Positions 36,110 to 47,385 of a DNA stretch of 64,000 nucleotides are shown piece by piece; position 1 is the stretch's first letter; every line of letters begins with the position of its first letter. The position numbers and the translations under genes were made by a program. A model generated the notes under the pieces. It had not been told where the DNA came from. It saw nothing but the letters and a program-made list of their open reading frames with translations, and did no database searches. Source of the stretch: Candidatus Multivoradales bacterium (lineage in GTDB: Bacteria > Acidobacteriota > Thermoanaerobaculia > Multivoradales > JAHEKO01); contig CBDCVR010000015.1 of the NCBI GenBank assembly GCA_965223155.1, positions 640,001 to 704,000 of the forward strand, read 5' to 3'.

Positions 36110-37024
36110 ATGATGCCATTCCGGATCGTCCGCCCGTACCAGAAGGGTCTCGTCGAACGCCTGGGCAAGTACCAGCGCACCGTCGACAGCGGACTCAACA
36201 TCGTCCTGCCGTTCATCGAGCGTCTCATCAAGGTGGACATGCGCGAGCAGGTGGTCGACGTTCCGCCCCAGAGCGTCATCACCAAGGACAACGTGGTGGT
36301 CGAAGTGGACGCCGTCGTCTACTACCAGGTGACGAACCCGGTCAAAGTGACCTATAGCGTTGCCAACTTCTACGCCGCCGCCACCAAGCTGGCGCAGACG
36401 AGCTTACGTAATCTGGTCGGGGACTTGGCGCTCGACGAGTCGCTCACCTCGCGCGAGGTCATCAACTCGAAGTTGCGCCAGATTCTGGACGAGGCCACCG
36501 ACAAGTGGGGCGTCAAGGTCGCGCGCGTCGAGCTTCAGCGCATCGAACCGCCACAGGACGTAACCGAGGCCATGCACCGGCAGATGAAGGCCGAACGCAA
36601 CAAGCGCGCCGCGATCCTCGAAGCCGAGGGCCAGAAGCAATCTCGGATCCTGGAAGCCGAGGGTCAGAAGGAATCGGAGATTTTGCGCGCGGAAGGCGCG
36701 GCCGAAGCCGTCAAGCGCCAGGCCGAAGCCGAGCGGTACCGGCAGAAGGCGGTCGCCGAGGGCGAGGCCGAAGCGATCGAGCGCACCTACAACGCCATCC
36801 ACACCGCCCAGCCCTCACCCGAGCTCATCGCCATCAAGTACCTGGAGGCGCTCCAGCGCATTGCCGACGGCAAGGGCTCGAAGGTGTTCCTTCCCTACGA
36901 GGCCTCCGGCGTGCTTTCCAGCCTCGCGGCCGTCAAGGAGATCTGGGAGGGCAAGCCGGGCAAGAGGCCGCGCGCGGCCGGCGGCCCCGCGAGTCCAAGG
37001 GAACCGGTCGAGCCGCAGACCTAG
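36110..37024 (+). CDS. SPFH/band-7 (QmcA/stomatin-like) protein
   Basis: VERLGKY, ITKDNV, QMKAER; AAGGAGG RBS. Confidence 0.93.
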   Translation: MMPFRIVRPYQKGLVERLGKYQRTVDSGLNIVLPFIERLIKVDMREQVVDVPPQSVITKDNVVVEVDAVVYYQVTNPVKVTYSVANFYAAATKLAQTSLRNLVGDLALDESLTSREVINSKLRQILDEATDKWGVKVARVELQRIEPPQDVTEAMHRQMKAERNKRAAILEAEGQKQSRILEAEGQKESEILRAEGAAEAVKRQAEAERYRQKAVAEGEAEAIERTYNAIHTAQPSPELIAIKYLEALQRIADGKGSKVFLPYEASGVLSSLAAVKEIWEGKPGKRPRAAGGPASPREPVEPQT

Positions 37025-37039
37025 CGGCGCTTCTCGCCG

Positions 37040-38341
37040 CTACCTGCTCGGCCCGGGGCCGGGGTCCCCGTCCACCGGCCTCCGGCCTGGAATCGGCTCC
37101 GGCCGCCGGCCGGGCTGGAAGTAGCCGGGCCGGTGCACGATGCGAGCTTTCTTGGGCGGGTTCCTGAGCTCGACCTCGAGACGGCGGTAGCGGCCCTCGG
37201 CCGGCGCATCATCTAGCTGGAAGGCCAGGACGTAGGTCAGGCTGGTCTGATCCAGCATCCGACCCAGAAGACGCTCGAGGTCCCGGGAGTTCGCATAGAC
37301 CGCGCCGCCCGTGCCGCGAGCCAGATGGTGCAACGAGTCGCGGCCGGTGCCCAGGCCGGCGGTGTTGACGGCCTGAACGGTCCAGTTCGAAGCCCGGAAC
37401 TCGCGCATCAGCTCTTGCAGAAAGCGCAGCGAGCGCGCCGCCTCCTCGCCCAGGATCGGTCCCGCCGACAGCAACACCAGGTGCTTCTCGCCGGCCACCC
37501 GCGTCCGCTCCATCAACTCCCGCAGACCGCGCGTCAGGTACATGACGAGGCTCGAGTGCGGCAGATCCAGATCCCCCCGAAGCCCGGCGTGTCGGGCTTC
37601 GGCGAGAACGTCGTCGAAAGAAGCGCGCAGAGGACCGCGCGCGGTCTTCGCCCGCCACCCCGGACGTGACGGCGCCAGCCGCGGCCAGTCCGCGAACTCG
37701 CGTTCGATCCGCCGCGGATTGGCGCGAATCACGAGCTCCATCAGTTCGACCGCTTCCGCCACTACCGCGGTCTCGGAGCTGAAATCGAGCAGCAGCTTCA
37801 ACCCCCGCAAGGCGCTGTGGTACGCGATCCCGACCCGGTCCGCGGGCGTCAACCGAGGCAGAACCGTACGCAAGGCTCGAAGGCTGGCCTCGAGCCGGCG
37901 CCGGGCGTGGATCAGATCCGTGCCGCCGTACGCCAGATCGAACAAGAAAAGATAGTTGCGTCCGACTGGGCCGGGAGGAGCGCGGGCTCCCGGAGAGCCC
38001 GGCGCGCTCGGAACCACCCCGGACGCCGCGTCCGGATCCGGCCGCCACAGAAAGTCGTAGACCGTCAGATCCAGAACCTCGCGTTCCACGCCCTCGTCGC
38101 GGACGATGAAGTCCTCGGCGGCAAGCCCTCGCAACGGCTTGCCATCCACCAGGACCCGCACGGGAACCTCGACCACCACCACCGACGTCGAGTCCCTGAA
38201 GCGATCGTCATCCAGCGCCGCCCCGGCCGCCGGCACCGGGCCTCCCGCGAGCACCACAAGACTTGCGGCTCCAACGAGCCGGCCGGTGCGACGAACCCTA
38301 GTCCAGATACCCGAGTGCCCGCAGGGCCTCGTTGATCTCAT
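37040..38341 (-). CDS. VWA-domain protein of the Acidobacterial VWFA-related type
   Basis: VVEVPVRV...LRGLAAEDF, LFLFD, LARGTGG, YVLAF and C-terminal HRPGY; start uncertain. Confidence 0.75.
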   Translation of the reverse strand: MRSTRPCGHSGIWTRVRRTGRLVGAASLVVLAGGPVPAAGAALDDDRFRDSTSVVVVEVPVRVLVDGKPLRGLAAEDFIVRDEGVEREVLDLTVYDFLWRPDPDAASGVVPSAPGSPGARAPPGPVGRNYLFLFDLAYGGTDLIHARRRLEASLRALRTVLPRLTPADRVGIAYHSALRGLKLLLDFSSETAVVAEAVELMELVIRANPRRIEREFADWPRLAPSRPGWRAKTARGPLRASFDDVLAEARHAGLRGDLDLPHSSLVMYLTRGLRELMERTRVAGEKHLVLLSAGPILGEEAARSLRFLQELMREFRASNWTVQAVNTAGLGTGRDSLHHLARGTGGAVYANSRDLERLLGRMLDQTSLTYVLAFQLDDAPAEGRYRRLEVELRNPPKKARIVHRPGYFQPGRRPEPIPGRRPVDGDPGPGPSR

Positions 38342-40058
38342 CGGTCAGCGCAATCTCGTCGCTTGCCGCCGCGCTCGTGCGCGCGCGCCGTTCCCGCAAG
38401 AGTCCCGCGAGGAGCTCTCGCCTGAGCGGCAGCTCCTCGGCCAGATCTTTCGTTTCCCCGGGATCGGCTACGACGTCGAACAGACGCTCCCGGACCTCGT
38501 CCCCGTGGACCTGGATCAGCTTCCAGCGTCCGTCCACGACGCTGAACTGGAGCGGCGCCCTGCTCAATCGCAGGTGCGAAAAGACCGGCGCCGGCGTGGG
38601 TTTCCGAAGCGTGTGCCCATCGACGCCGGCAGGAATCGACTCGCCGAGAACGTCCAGAACCGTCGGCAGGATATCAACGTGCGAGGCAGGCTCGGTCTCC
38701 CTCGCTCCCTGTCGTTGGCCCGGGTACTTGACGACCAGCGGTACGTTCAGCGACTCGGCAAAGAGCTTGCGACCGTGTCGCCAACCGTAGTGCTCTCGGA
38801 ACTCCTCTCCGTGATCGGCCGTCACGATGATGAGGGCTTCCTCGAAAAGACCCTCAACCCGAAGACGACCCACAAGAGCGCCAAATGAGGCGTCATTCTG
38901 CGCGATCTCGCCGTCATAGAGGTCGCTCAGGAACGGAAGCGCCGCCGCCGGCCACTTCCAGCGCGGTTTCCAGGAGGGCATCTCATCCGCGGTGGGGGCG
39001 AAGCGGCTGCGAAACGGTTCCGTGGGATTGTACCCAGCGTGCGGATCGACGGTGTGAATGTACAGAAAGGCCGGCTGAGAACCATCGTAGTCATCCAGCC
39101 AATCGAAGACCGCCTCGTTCACTTCCATCGAACGGGCCTCGCGGTCGTACCAGATTTCATCGAAGCCCTGTGCCAGTCCAAAGGTGGAGCTGGCATTGAC
39201 GTTGGTGACAAACGCCGCCGTCGTGTAGCCGGTGTCGCGAAGCCGCTCGGCGAGCGTTTCGAACTCATCCGGCAAGCGATGCTTCCAGCCGGTCGCGCCA
39301 TGGCTCGGAGGCCACACGCCGCTGAAAATCGACGCCACCGAAGGCTTGGTCCAGGAAGCCTGCCCGATCCCACGCTCGTACACGGTCGCGGAATCGGCAA
39401 ACCGATCAATATTCGGCGAGACCGGCCGCTCGTACCCATAGGTACCCAGCCGATCCCGGCGCAACGTGTCGATCAGATAGATCACAACCAGCGGCTGGGT
39501 CGACTGCTTGTCGCTCTCGATTCGCGCTTCCTCCTGGGCCGGCACGGGAGCCGCGAACGACCAGAGGCCAGGACCGGACAGCAGGACCCCGTCGCCCGAT
39601 CCCTCGAAGCCGCCCGCGACCTCGAGCGAGATCCGCGTAAGCGCCGGCTCGGCACCGCTGACCTCGAGCTCCCAGTCTCGCTCGGGACGGCGCACCTCCT
39701 CGACCAAGAGCGCGCCGGCCTCGGTCTCGACCCGCACCAGCAGCCAGGTGTCCTCACCGCGCGGCGCTACGCCCCCAAACCGAAGCCGGCTCTCGCTCGG
39801 AGTCTCGACAACATAGGCCACCCGGGCCCCGGTGGGAAGATACAGGCGTTCGCTAGCAACATCCGCGAGAACCTGGCCGGCCCATTCCGGAAGGCCTTCG
39901 CCGTGGGGACGATCGGACTCGGTACTCACGGGCGCCGCCAGCGTCTCGACCTCGGCCCGACCGAAGCCGGATACCAGGTCGAAGTACTGACGTGGCTCCC
40001 CGCGTGAGCACGACGCCACCAAGATCAAGCCAAGAAGGCCGCCTAAGAATCGGAACAC
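38298..40058 (-). CDS. Sulfatase-like (alkaline phosphatase superfamily) lipoprotein
   Basis: IDTLRRD, SWTKPSVASIFSG, DPH, ADHGE and C-terminal LRALGYLD. Confidence 0.88.
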   Translation of the reverse strand: MFRFLGGLLGLILVASCSRGEPRQYFDLVSGFGRAEVETLAAPVSTESDRPHGEGLPEWAGQVLADVASERLYLPTGARVAYVVETPSESRLRFGGVAPRGEDTWLLVRVETEAGALLVEEVRRPERDWELEVSGAEPALTRISLEVAGGFEGSGDGVLLSGPGLWSFAAPVPAQEEARIESDKQSTQPLVVIYLIDTLRRDRLGTYGYERPVSPNIDRFADSATVYERGIGQASWTKPSVASIFSGVWPPSHGATGWKHRLPDEFETLAERLRDTGYTTAAFVTNVNASSTFGLAQGFDEIWYDREARSMEVNEAVFDWLDDYDGSQPAFLYIHTVDPHAGYNPTEPFRSRFAPTADEMPSWKPRWKWPAAALPFLSDLYDGEIAQNDASFGALVGRLRVEGLFEEALIIVTADHGEEFREHYGWRHGRKLFAESLNVPLVVKYPGQRQGARETEPASHVDILPTVLDVLGESIPAGVDGHTLRKPTPAPVFSHLRLSRAPLQFSVVDGRWKLIQVHGDEVRERLFDVVADPGETKDLAEELPLRRELLAGLLRERRARTSAAASDEIALTDEINEALRALGYLD

Positions 40059-40174
40059 ACAGCTCCTTGTTCGCCGAGAAACCTGTTGGATCCCTTCGCG
40101 ATCCGCAGACCTTAACAGGTGGGCTCCACCCTCCGACGCAGCGCTACAATTCCGCGATACCGAACGAGCCCAGC

Positions 40175-41314
40175 TTGTCCCAGCGCCCGACCATCGCTCT
40201 CTTCACCGGCTTCCTCCTGACCGGTGTCGTGGCCGTTCTTCTGGGCCCGATCCTGCCGCAGCTCGCGGCCGACTGGGACGTGCCCGAGAGCCGGCTCGCC
40301 AGCCTGTTCCTGGTGCAATTTCTGGCGAGCTCGGTGGGAGCCGTCTTGTCGAGCCGGAACCTGCGGCGCAGCCTCGTCGCCGGCTACGCGCTCATGGCCG
40401 CGGGGCTTGCCGGGCTCCTCGGCGGATGGCCGGTCGCGCGGCTCGCCGTGGCCTCGCTCGGCGCCGGCCTGGGCCTGGTCATTCCAGCCAGCAACCTCTA
40501 CCTCGCGCATGCCGTCGCCGGCAGCCGCGGCGCCGCGCTGTCGCGGCTCAACCTCATCTGGGGCCTCGGGGCGGTGGCTTGCCCGCTCCTCGTAGCCGTC
40601 GCGATCGGCCGCTCCAGCCTGACCGTTCTCTACGGAGCCCTGGCCGGCGCCTCCGCCCTGGCGGCTCTCGCCCTGGCGGTGACGGTCCGCCCGGACGACG
40701 GGGGCGACGAGACGACCGAAGCCGAGCCGTCCCCCGATTCGCTTCAGGCCCCGGCTCGCGCCACGCTCCCGACCCTCGTGGCCTTTGCCGTCATGTTCTT
40801 TCTCTACGTCGGCGCCGAGACCGCGGTCGCCGGCTGGCTCGTGACCCTGGCCGACAAGCTTGACGCCTCGCGGCCGGTACTGGCCCTGGTCATCGGCTCG
40901 GGCTTCTGGGGAGCCGTTCTGGTCGGACGCTTCGTGGCCCCCCGGATCCTCGCCAGGATCCCCGAGGGCCGTCTCTTCCAGACGGGCCTGGTCATCGCAA
41001 TCCTGGGCACTGTCTTGCTCACCCGCGCCGCCACCCAGGGCCAGGCGGCGGCCGGAGCGGTCCTTACCGGTCTGGGCGTCGCGCCTCTCTACCCGCTCCT
41101 CGTCTCCTTTCTGGCCGAAGCCACCCGCGCCGACCGGTCCCGGCGAACGGGTTGGGTGCTGGCTGCCGGAGGAGCGGGCGGCGCGGTGCTGCCCTGGGTG
41201 ATGGGCAGGCTGGCGGGCTCGGGTGAGCTAACCCGAGCCTTCTGGATCCCGGCGGCGGCGCTTCTGGTTCTCGGTGCCGTCCGCGCGTTGCGCAACGAGC
41301 CGCGATCTGGCTAG
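40175..41314 (+). CDS. MFS transporter (FucP/TsgA-like)
   Basis: LLGPILP, FFLYVGAETAVAGW and 12 TM segments; TTG start inferred. Confidence 0.82.
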   Translation: MSQRPTIALFTGFLLTGVVAVLLGPILPQLAADWDVPESRLASLFLVQFLASSVGAVLSSRNLRRSLVAGYALMAAGLAGLLGGWPVARLAVASLGAGLGLVIPASNLYLAHAVAGSRGAALSRLNLIWGLGAVACPLLVAVAIGRSSLTVLYGALAGASALAALALAVTVRPDDGGDETTEAEPSPDSLQAPARATLPTLVAFAVMFFLYVGAETAVAGWLVTLADKLDASRPVLALVIGSGFWGAVLVGRFVAPRILARIPEGRLFQTGLVIAILGTVLLTRAATQGQAAAGAVLTGLGVAPLYPLLVSFLAEATRADRSRRTGWVLAAGGAGGAVLPWVMGRLAGSGELTRAFWIPAAALLVLGAVRALRNEPRSG

Positions 41315-41374
41315 CGGCCCGTTTCAGGCGGCGGTCCTCCGCGAAGTTCCGCCGATCGCCGCAAGCGGGAAGAT

Positions 41375-41448
41375 TGGCTGGGACGCAGGGATTCGAACCC
41401 CGATTCCACGGTCCAGAGCCGTGTGTCCTACCATTGAACGACGTCCCA
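41375..41448 (-). tRNA. tRNA-Gln(CTG)
   Basis: TGGGACG acceptor stem, anticodon arm CACGG-CT-CTG-GA-CCGTG, GGTTCGAATCC and encoded CCA. Confidence 0.96.
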
Positions 41449-41460
41449 GCAGCGACGAAA

Positions 41461-41490
41461 ACCCTAACAAGAACCGGTCCAAACGGTCAA
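41461..41490 (-). promoter_or_regulatory. Probable promoter of tRNA-Gln
   Basis: TTGACC-18 nt-TAGGGT with an extended TG, just upstream of the tRNA. Confidence 0.5.
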
Positions 41491-41795
41491 TTGAGGGCTC
41501 GTCGCAAGCCCTCCCACCCACGTTCCGACGGCCGTCGGCCTGTCTCGCGGTCGGACAGGGTTCCTGCCGTCTGCGGCGGCCCGCTCGGAAGACAGGCTCT
41601 CCGGGGATCGGTCCGTCCAAGAACGGCAAGATCCCTCACGACCTCCCACGGAAGCCACGAGGACCGCCACAAGACACTGGCCCTCGATCCGGCAGGGGGC
41701 GACGCTCCGACACGGAATCCCAGTTCCCAGCGTCAAGCCGCTGGACGGCTGGCCCTTGCCGGCCGCCTTCACTAGAATTGAGGCCTTCGACCCGC

Positions 41796-41891
<96 letters not shown>

Positions 41892-41911
41892 TTCCTTCCC
41901 GTTCCCCAGCC

Positions 41912-43489
41912 ATGGTCCGTACCCGCTTCGCTCCCAGCCCGACAGGCTACCTGCACATCGGTGGCGTGCGGACGGCGCTCTTCAACTGGCTCTACTCACG
42001 GCGGCACGGCGGAGCGTTCCTTCTCAGGATCGACGACACCGACCGCCAGCGCAACCTGGAAGCGTCACTTCAGCCGATCCTGGACGGCTTCCGCTGGCTG
42101 GGCATCGACTGGGACGAGGGCCCCGAGGTGGGCGGCGACCTCGGGCCGTACTTCCAGTCCCAACGCGACGACCTCTATCAAGCCGCCGTCGAGCGGTTAC
42201 TCGAGACCGGTGCCGCTTACCGCGACTACGCCACTTCGGACGAGCTCGCCGTCGAGCGCAAGCAGGCCGAGGCCGAGAAGCGCCGATTCCTCTACAGCCG
42301 GCGTTTCCGCGCCGAGACCGACGAGGACCGTGCCCGCTACGAGGCCGAGGGCCGGGCCGCCGTCGTCCGCCTGGCCATGCCGAGGGCCGGCCAGTGCGAG
42401 TTCGAGGACTTGATCCGGGGCCCGATGAGCTTCGACTGGGCGCGCGAGCAGGATCACGTCATCCAGCGCGCGGACGGCTCGGTCCTCTATCACCTGGCCT
42501 CGGTTGTGGATGACCACGCCATGGCCATCAGTCACGTAATCCGCGCCGAGGAGCACCTGTCGAACACGCCGCGCCAGATCTTGATCGCCCGGGCCCTGGG
42601 CTACGAGCTTCCCGCCTACGCCCATCTGCCGTTCGTCGCCGAGCCGGGCTCGAAGAACAAGCTGTCGAAACGCAAGCTCGCCAAGTACTTGAAGCACCAC
42701 GACTTCGCCCGGCTCACCGAGCACGGTCAGACCATCGCCGAAGCCATCGGTCTTCACCCCGAAGCCGAGACCTTCAATCCCGTGATCGTCGATTTCTATA
42801 AGACTGTGGGCTTCGTCCCCGAGGCGCTCCTCAACTACCTTCTGCTCCTCGGCTGGTCGCTCGATGACAAGACCGAGCACTTCACCCGCGAAGAGATGAT
42901 CGCAAGCTTCTCGCTCGAGCGCGTCCAGAAGTCGCCGGCGGCCTTCGACCCGGAAAAGCTCATGAGCTTCGAGGAGCGCCACATGATGGCTCTCTCGGTC
43001 GAGAAACGAGCCGAGCGCTGCCGGCCTTTCCTGGAGGCGGCCGGCTTGCTCGCGCCCGAGACCGGCGGCGAGACGCTTCGAGCCATCGTCCAAGCCGCCG
43101 GCGACCGGATCAAGGTCGCCGGCGACGTCCTGCAATTCGACGACTTCTTCCGGCCGGACGAAGCCCTTTCCTACGACGAGAAGGCCTGGACGAAACGGCT
43201 GGTCCGGCCCGAGGCCGCGGGCGAGCTTCTGGCCGCCTACCGGGAGCGACTCACCGGACGGCCGGACTTTTCGGCCGGGGCGCTCGAGGCCGATATGCGG
43301 GCCTTTGTCGATGAGCGTGGCGTGAAGATCGGTGACATTATCCATGCCGTGCGCATAGCAACGACCGGAAAGGCCGTGGGCTTCGGAATGTTCGAGACTC
43401 TCGAGATCCTGGGCCGCGAGCGGGTCCTCGCCCGGATCGACCGAGCCCTCGCCAAGCTCGAGCTCGAAGCCTCCGAGGCCGCGTCATGA
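41912..43489 (+). CDS. gltX: Glutamate--tRNA ligase
   Basis: [27 protein letters not shown]. Confidence 0.97.
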   Translation: MVRTRFAPSPTGYLHIGGVRTALFNWLYSRRHGGAFLLRIDDTDRQRNLEASLQPILDGFRWLGIDWDEGPEVGGDLGPYFQSQRDDLYQAAVERLLETGAAYRDYATSDELAVERKQAEAEKRRFLYSRRFRAETDEDRARYEAEGRAAVVRLAMPRAGQCEFEDLIRGPMSFDWAREQDHVIQRADGSVLYHLASVVDDHAMAISHVIRAEEHLSNTPRQILIARALGYELPAYAHLPFVAEPGSKNKLSKRKLAKYLKHHDFARLTEHGQTIAEAIGLHPEAETFNPVIVDFYKTVGFVPEALLNYLLLLGWSLDDKTEHFTREEMIASFSLERVQKSPAAFDPEKLMSFEERHMMALSVEKRAERCRPFLEAAGLLAPETGGETLRAIVQAAGDRIKVAGDVLQFDDFFRPDEALSYDEKAWTKRLVRPEAAGELLAAYRERLTGRPDFSAGALEADMRAFVDERGVKIGDIIHAVRIATTGKAVGFGMFETLEILGRERVLARIDRALAKLELEASEAAS

Positions 43490-45222
43490 GCGGTCCGGAG
43501 CGTCCAGAGCGCCCGGAGCGTCGTGAGAGCCGGGGCAAGGCGGAGTCCACTCGCGGCAGCCACTTCATCAAGGCGATGATCGAGGCCGACCTCGCCTTGG
43601 GCAAGCACGACTCGATCCGCACCCGCTTCCCACCGGAGCCCAACGGCTACCTCCACATCGGCCACGCCAAGTCGATGTGCCTCAACTTCGGCCTGGCCCG
43701 GGAGTTCGGCGGCACCTGCAACCTGCGCTTCGACGACTCGAATCCCCTTACCGAGCGCCAGGAGTACGTGGACGCCATCCGGCGGGACATCGAGTGGATG
43801 GGCTTTTCCTGGGACGAGGAGCGCTTCGCGTCCGACTACTTCGAACAGCTCTACGCCTGGGCGGTCGAGCTCATCCAGAAGGGCCTCGCCTACGTGGACG
43901 ATCTCTCCGCCGAGGAAATTCGCGCCCACCGGGGCACGCTCACCGAGCCGGGCACGAACAGTCCGTATCGCGACCGCGCGGTCGAGGAAAACCTGGATCT
44001 TTTCGAGCGTATGAAAGCCGGCGAGTTCGAAGACGGAGCCAAAGTGCTCCGCGCCAAGATCGACATGGCGGCCGGCAACCTCAACCTGCGCGACCCGGTC
44101 CTCTACCGGATCCTCAAAGCCGAGCACTACCGGCGCGGCTCCGACTGGTCGATCTATCCGACCTACGACTTCACCCACGGCCAGTCCGACTCGCTCGAAG
44201 GCATCACCCACTCGCTCTGCACCCTGGAGTTCGAGGATCACCGGCCGCTCTACGACTGGTTCATCGACTCGCTCGGCATCTACCCGTCCGAACAGACCGA
44301 GTTCGCCCGGCTCAACCTCTCCTACACCGTGCTCTCCAAGCGCAAGCTCAAGCGCCTGGTCGAGGAGGGGCACGTCGAGGGCTGGGACGATCCGCGCATG
44401 CCGACGCTCTCCGGCCTACGGCGGCGCGGCATCCCACCGGCGGCGATCCGGGACTTCTGCGACCGCATCGGAGTGGCCAAGGCCGACAGCCTGATCGACG
44501 TGGCGCTCCTCGAGCACTGCGTGCGCGAGCATTTGAACAAGTCCGCCCCTCGGCGCATGGCGGTGCTCGATCCGCTCAAGGTGGTGCTCGAGAACTATCC
44601 CGAAGATCGGGTCGAAGAGCTCGACGCGGTCAACAATCCGGAAGACGAATCCGCCGGTAGGCGCAAGGTGCCCTTTTCGCGCGAGCTCTGGATCGAGCGC
44701 GCCGATTTCCTGGAAGACCCGCCCAAGAAGTTCTTCCGGCTGGCTCCCGGACGCGAGGTACGCTTGCGCTGGGGCTACTTCATCAAGTGCGTGGACGTCG
44801 TCAAGGACGACGCCGGCGAGGTCGTCGAGCTTCGCTGCACCTACGATCCGGAGACCCGCGGCGGCCACGCCCCGGACGGCCGCAAGGTACGGGGCACCAT
44901 CCACTGGGTCTCGGCCGCCCACGCCGTCGAGATCGAGGCCCATCTGATCGACCGCCTGTTCACACGGGAGAACCCCGACGAAACCGACACAGGCGGCGCC
45001 TTTCTGGACAACCTCAATCCGGATTCGACCTCGATCCGGAGCCCAGCCTACGCCGAGCCGGCCGTGGCCGAAGCCGAGCCAGGAACTCCCATCCAGTTCG
45101 AGCGTCTCGGCTACTTTGCCCGGGACGCCAAGACGACCGGAGCCGAGGAGCGGCCCGTCTTCCTGCGCACCACGACGCTGCGCGACACCTGGGCCAAGCT
45201 CCAGAAGCGACGCTCGGGCTGA
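43486..45222 (+). CDS. glnS: Glutamine--tRNA ligase
   Basis: [50 protein letters not shown]. Confidence 0.97.
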   Translation: MSGPERPERPERRESRGKAESTRGSHFIKAMIEADLALGKHDSIRTRFPPEPNGYLHIGHAKSMCLNFGLAREFGGTCNLRFDDSNPLTERQEYVDAIRRDIEWMGFSWDEERFASDYFEQLYAWAVELIQKGLAYVDDLSAEEIRAHRGTLTEPGTNSPYRDRAVEENLDLFERMKAGEFEDGAKVLRAKIDMAAGNLNLRDPVLYRILKAEHYRRGSDWSIYPTYDFTHGQSDSLEGITHSLCTLEFEDHRPLYDWFIDSLGIYPSEQTEFARLNLSYTVLSKRKLKRLVEEGHVEGWDDPRMPTLSGLRRRGIPPAAIRDFCDRIGVAKADSLIDVALLEHCVREHLNKSAPRRMAVLDPLKVVLENYPEDRVEELDAVNNPEDESAGRRKVPFSRELWIERADFLEDPPKKFFRLAPGREVRLRWGYFIKCVDVVKDDAGEVVELRCTYDPETRGGHAPDGRKVRGTIHWVSAAHAVEIEAHLIDRLFTRENPDETDTGGAFLDNLNPDSTSIRSPAYAEPAVAEAEPGTPIQFERLGYFARDAKTTGAEERPVFLRTTTLRDTWAKLQKRRSG

Positions 45223-45232
45223 GGTCGGCGGC

Positions 45233-46123
45233 CTACTCGCCTCGGGCTTTTTCGAGCTCGGCCAAGTACGGCTTCAACGCGCGATTGGCGGTGTGGCCGA
45301 TGTGGAGAACCGCTCGCTCGCCGACCTCCAGATACCGGACCGTCAGCCCGTCGGCCAGAGCCAGCGCCATCGCCAGCTGCATCGTGTCGTAGTCGTAGAG
45401 GGCGGTCTGGGCGGCCGCCTTCCGGCCGCGCCCCAGGCCCAACCGCCCGAGCGGGCCGGCCAGCCGGCCGGGCGCCGAGCGATAGACGTCGAGCCCGATC
45501 CGGTGCCGATCCAGAATCCTGAGCAATGCCGCCGTCCGGACGACGAGGAAGTGCGTTCGCGGCAGGCGCAGAACCGACCCGTCCTGCTCATCGACCGCGA
45601 CCTCGCGCACGAATCCGGGGTCGTCCGGCACCGCCAGGAAATCCTCCTCGCGCCACGCCACCGGTCCGAAGAGCTTCGGATCGAAGACATAGCAATCGTG
45701 ATCCAGCATCGTGAAGTCGCGACCGATCGAGCGCACCACCGCTTCGAGCACCGCCCCGTGGCGCAGAAACGTGCCCGGAAGGGTCGGCAGCCGAAGGCCT
45801 CGCGCTTCCGGAAACTCGCGACCGATCGTCTCGATCCCGGCGTCCGCCACTCCGTTGTACAGCAAGAGGATTGGCACCTCTCGGGGCACGAGCTTGAGAC
45901 AGAGCCGGAGCCAGCGCATGGTCTCGGGCACGACCACGAGCACCGCCGGCCGCTCCTCACTGGCCACCCCGGCGAAAAACTCCCGCAGCCTGGGCAGCGC
46001 CCGCGCCAGCCGCCGCCGATTCACCGGCTCGGCCAGCCACCGGTATCCACGAACGCCCAGGCCCGGCAGATGAGCATGCCGCCTGAGACGGCGGAGCAGG
46101 CGATTCTCGGATCGGCTCGTCAC
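45233..46123 (-). CDS. Hypothetical protein, possible GT-A-fold glycosyltransferase
   Basis: DxD-like FTMLDHDCYV after LLLYNG and a late LHIGH; otherwise unrecognised. Confidence 0.5.
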   Translation of the reverse strand: MTSRSENRLLRRLRRHAHLPGLGVRGYRWLAEPVNRRRLARALPRLREFFAGVASEERPAVLVVVPETMRWLRLCLKLVPREVPILLLYNGVADAGIETIGREFPEARGLRLPTLPGTFLRHGAVLEAVVRSIGRDFTMLDHDCYVFDPKLFGPVAWREEDFLAVPDDPGFVREVAVDEQDGSVLRLPRTHFLVVRTAALLRILDRHRIGLDVYRSAPGRLAGPLGRLGLGRGRKAAAQTALYDYDTMQLAMALALADGLTVRYLEVGERAVLHIGHTANRALKPYLAELEKARGE

Positions 46124-46186
46124 GGGCCGAATCTATCGGGAGCGGAAAGGCATTGAGGGCAACTTAGCGACATCTCTTGCTCCCAG

Positions 46187-46216
46187 TTGACAACGGACGA
46201 TTGACAGAGCTATAAG
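46187..46216 (+). promoter_or_regulatory. Sigma70-like promoter for the island plus-strand operon
   Basis: TTGACA-18 nt-TATAAG. Confidence 0.55.
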
Positions 46217-46309
46217 ACAACCAGTGGTTGAGTGATTGAGTGGCCTGTTCAAAGTGGGCAGGCTTGTGTTTACGGGTTCGTGAACCTGTTGGCAACACGG
46301 GGAACGGAA

Positions 46310-47383
46310 ATGGATCGCAAGAAGTGGTTCCTAGAAGTAGGAAAGCATTTTGGATACCTCGTACTGGGATTCGTGGTTCCAGTAGCAGTAGTCGTCTGGC
46401 CCTATTGGTCAACTCTCAGATGGAGGCCAACCTTCTTGCCGCTCGCCTTGTTCCTTTTCTTCACGTTCCTGTTGTTGCTCTTTCTTTCGAATCAACTAGG
46501 CCAAGAAGAAGTCGAAAGGGGGCCAGAGCTCCAATCGTTCGTGGATTTCGTGCTCTGGAGTGGCAAGCGGGCCGTTCTGGCGGCGGCCATCATAGGGGCT
46601 CTCGTTCTCTTCTTGTACTTTTCGGTGCCATATGACCCCAGTAAGAACTCGGTCACATACAGGCTTGGAGAGGCGCTTGGACTCTATGTTGGGATCGTCG
46701 GAGTTCTTATCGGGCTTCAGTTCCTGTACTGGCAGGACCACGCCATTACCGACTATCAGCAACTCCTGGCGGCGATGACAAACGATCTGAAGCTCGCCCA
46801 TCGGAACAGGGAGCCGCTGTCCCTTGTCTTCATGGCACCAAACATCGGCTACTTTCGAGCCCTTGACGACCACCTTCGACAGGACCCAAACGGAGATTCC
46901 TCGATGGCCCCACAAACAAAGTCGGTTGGGAACACTGCAGGTGGACTCTACGAGGAATTTCGCCAGCAGGCAGTCGTCTCCGCACCGAGGGGAAGCACGA
47001 TCGTTTGTCACGAGCGCAAGCACTTCGCCAGCTTGTACCGGGCCTACTGCATCCAAGCGAAGATGTCCGACGCGGACACGAGAACCTTCGCGGATAAATG
47101 CGCGAAGGAAGCGACGTCGCTCCTGAGCAGCTTTGAGGGGCTCGGAGGGGTCGTCAAGGAACTCAACCCAGGCGATTTTCCGCGAGAAATAGTGGTAATC
47201 GGTCCTGTTTGCTACCTCTTGTTTCCGCACGGCCTGCCAGTTTGGAAGCAAAGTGAGTCCACGTACGAGCCCAGCACGGATCCACCGATCGGAGGGCTCG
47301 CGAGTCTGATCGCCTATCGCCGCGAGGATCGAATCCTTGCCCGCATAACCCAGAAACGAATTGAAGAACTTGGAGGCACCTGA
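46310..47383 (+). CDS. Hypothetical membrane protein (4 TM plus soluble alpha/beta domain)
   Basis: Long ORF with four hydrophobic helices then about 210 aa of soluble region; no family recognised. Confidence 0.7.
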   Translation: MDRKKWFLEVGKHFGYLVLGFVVPVAVVVWPYWSTLRWRPTFLPLALFLFFTFLLLLFLSNQLGQEEVERGPELQSFVDFVLWSGKRAVLAAAIIGALVLFLYFSVPYDPSKNSVTYRLGEALGLYVGIVGVLIGLQFLYWQDHAITDYQQLLAAMTNDLKLAHRNREPLSLVFMAPNIGYFRALDDHLRQDPNGDSSMAPQTKSVGNTAGGLYEEFRQQAVVSAPRGSTIVCHERKHFASLYRAYCIQAKMSDADTRTFADKCAKEATSLLSSFEGLGGVVKELNPGDFPREIVVIGPVCYLLFPHGLPVWKQSESTYEPSTDPPIGGLASLIAYRREDRILARITQKRIEELGGT

Positions 47384-47385
47384 AT

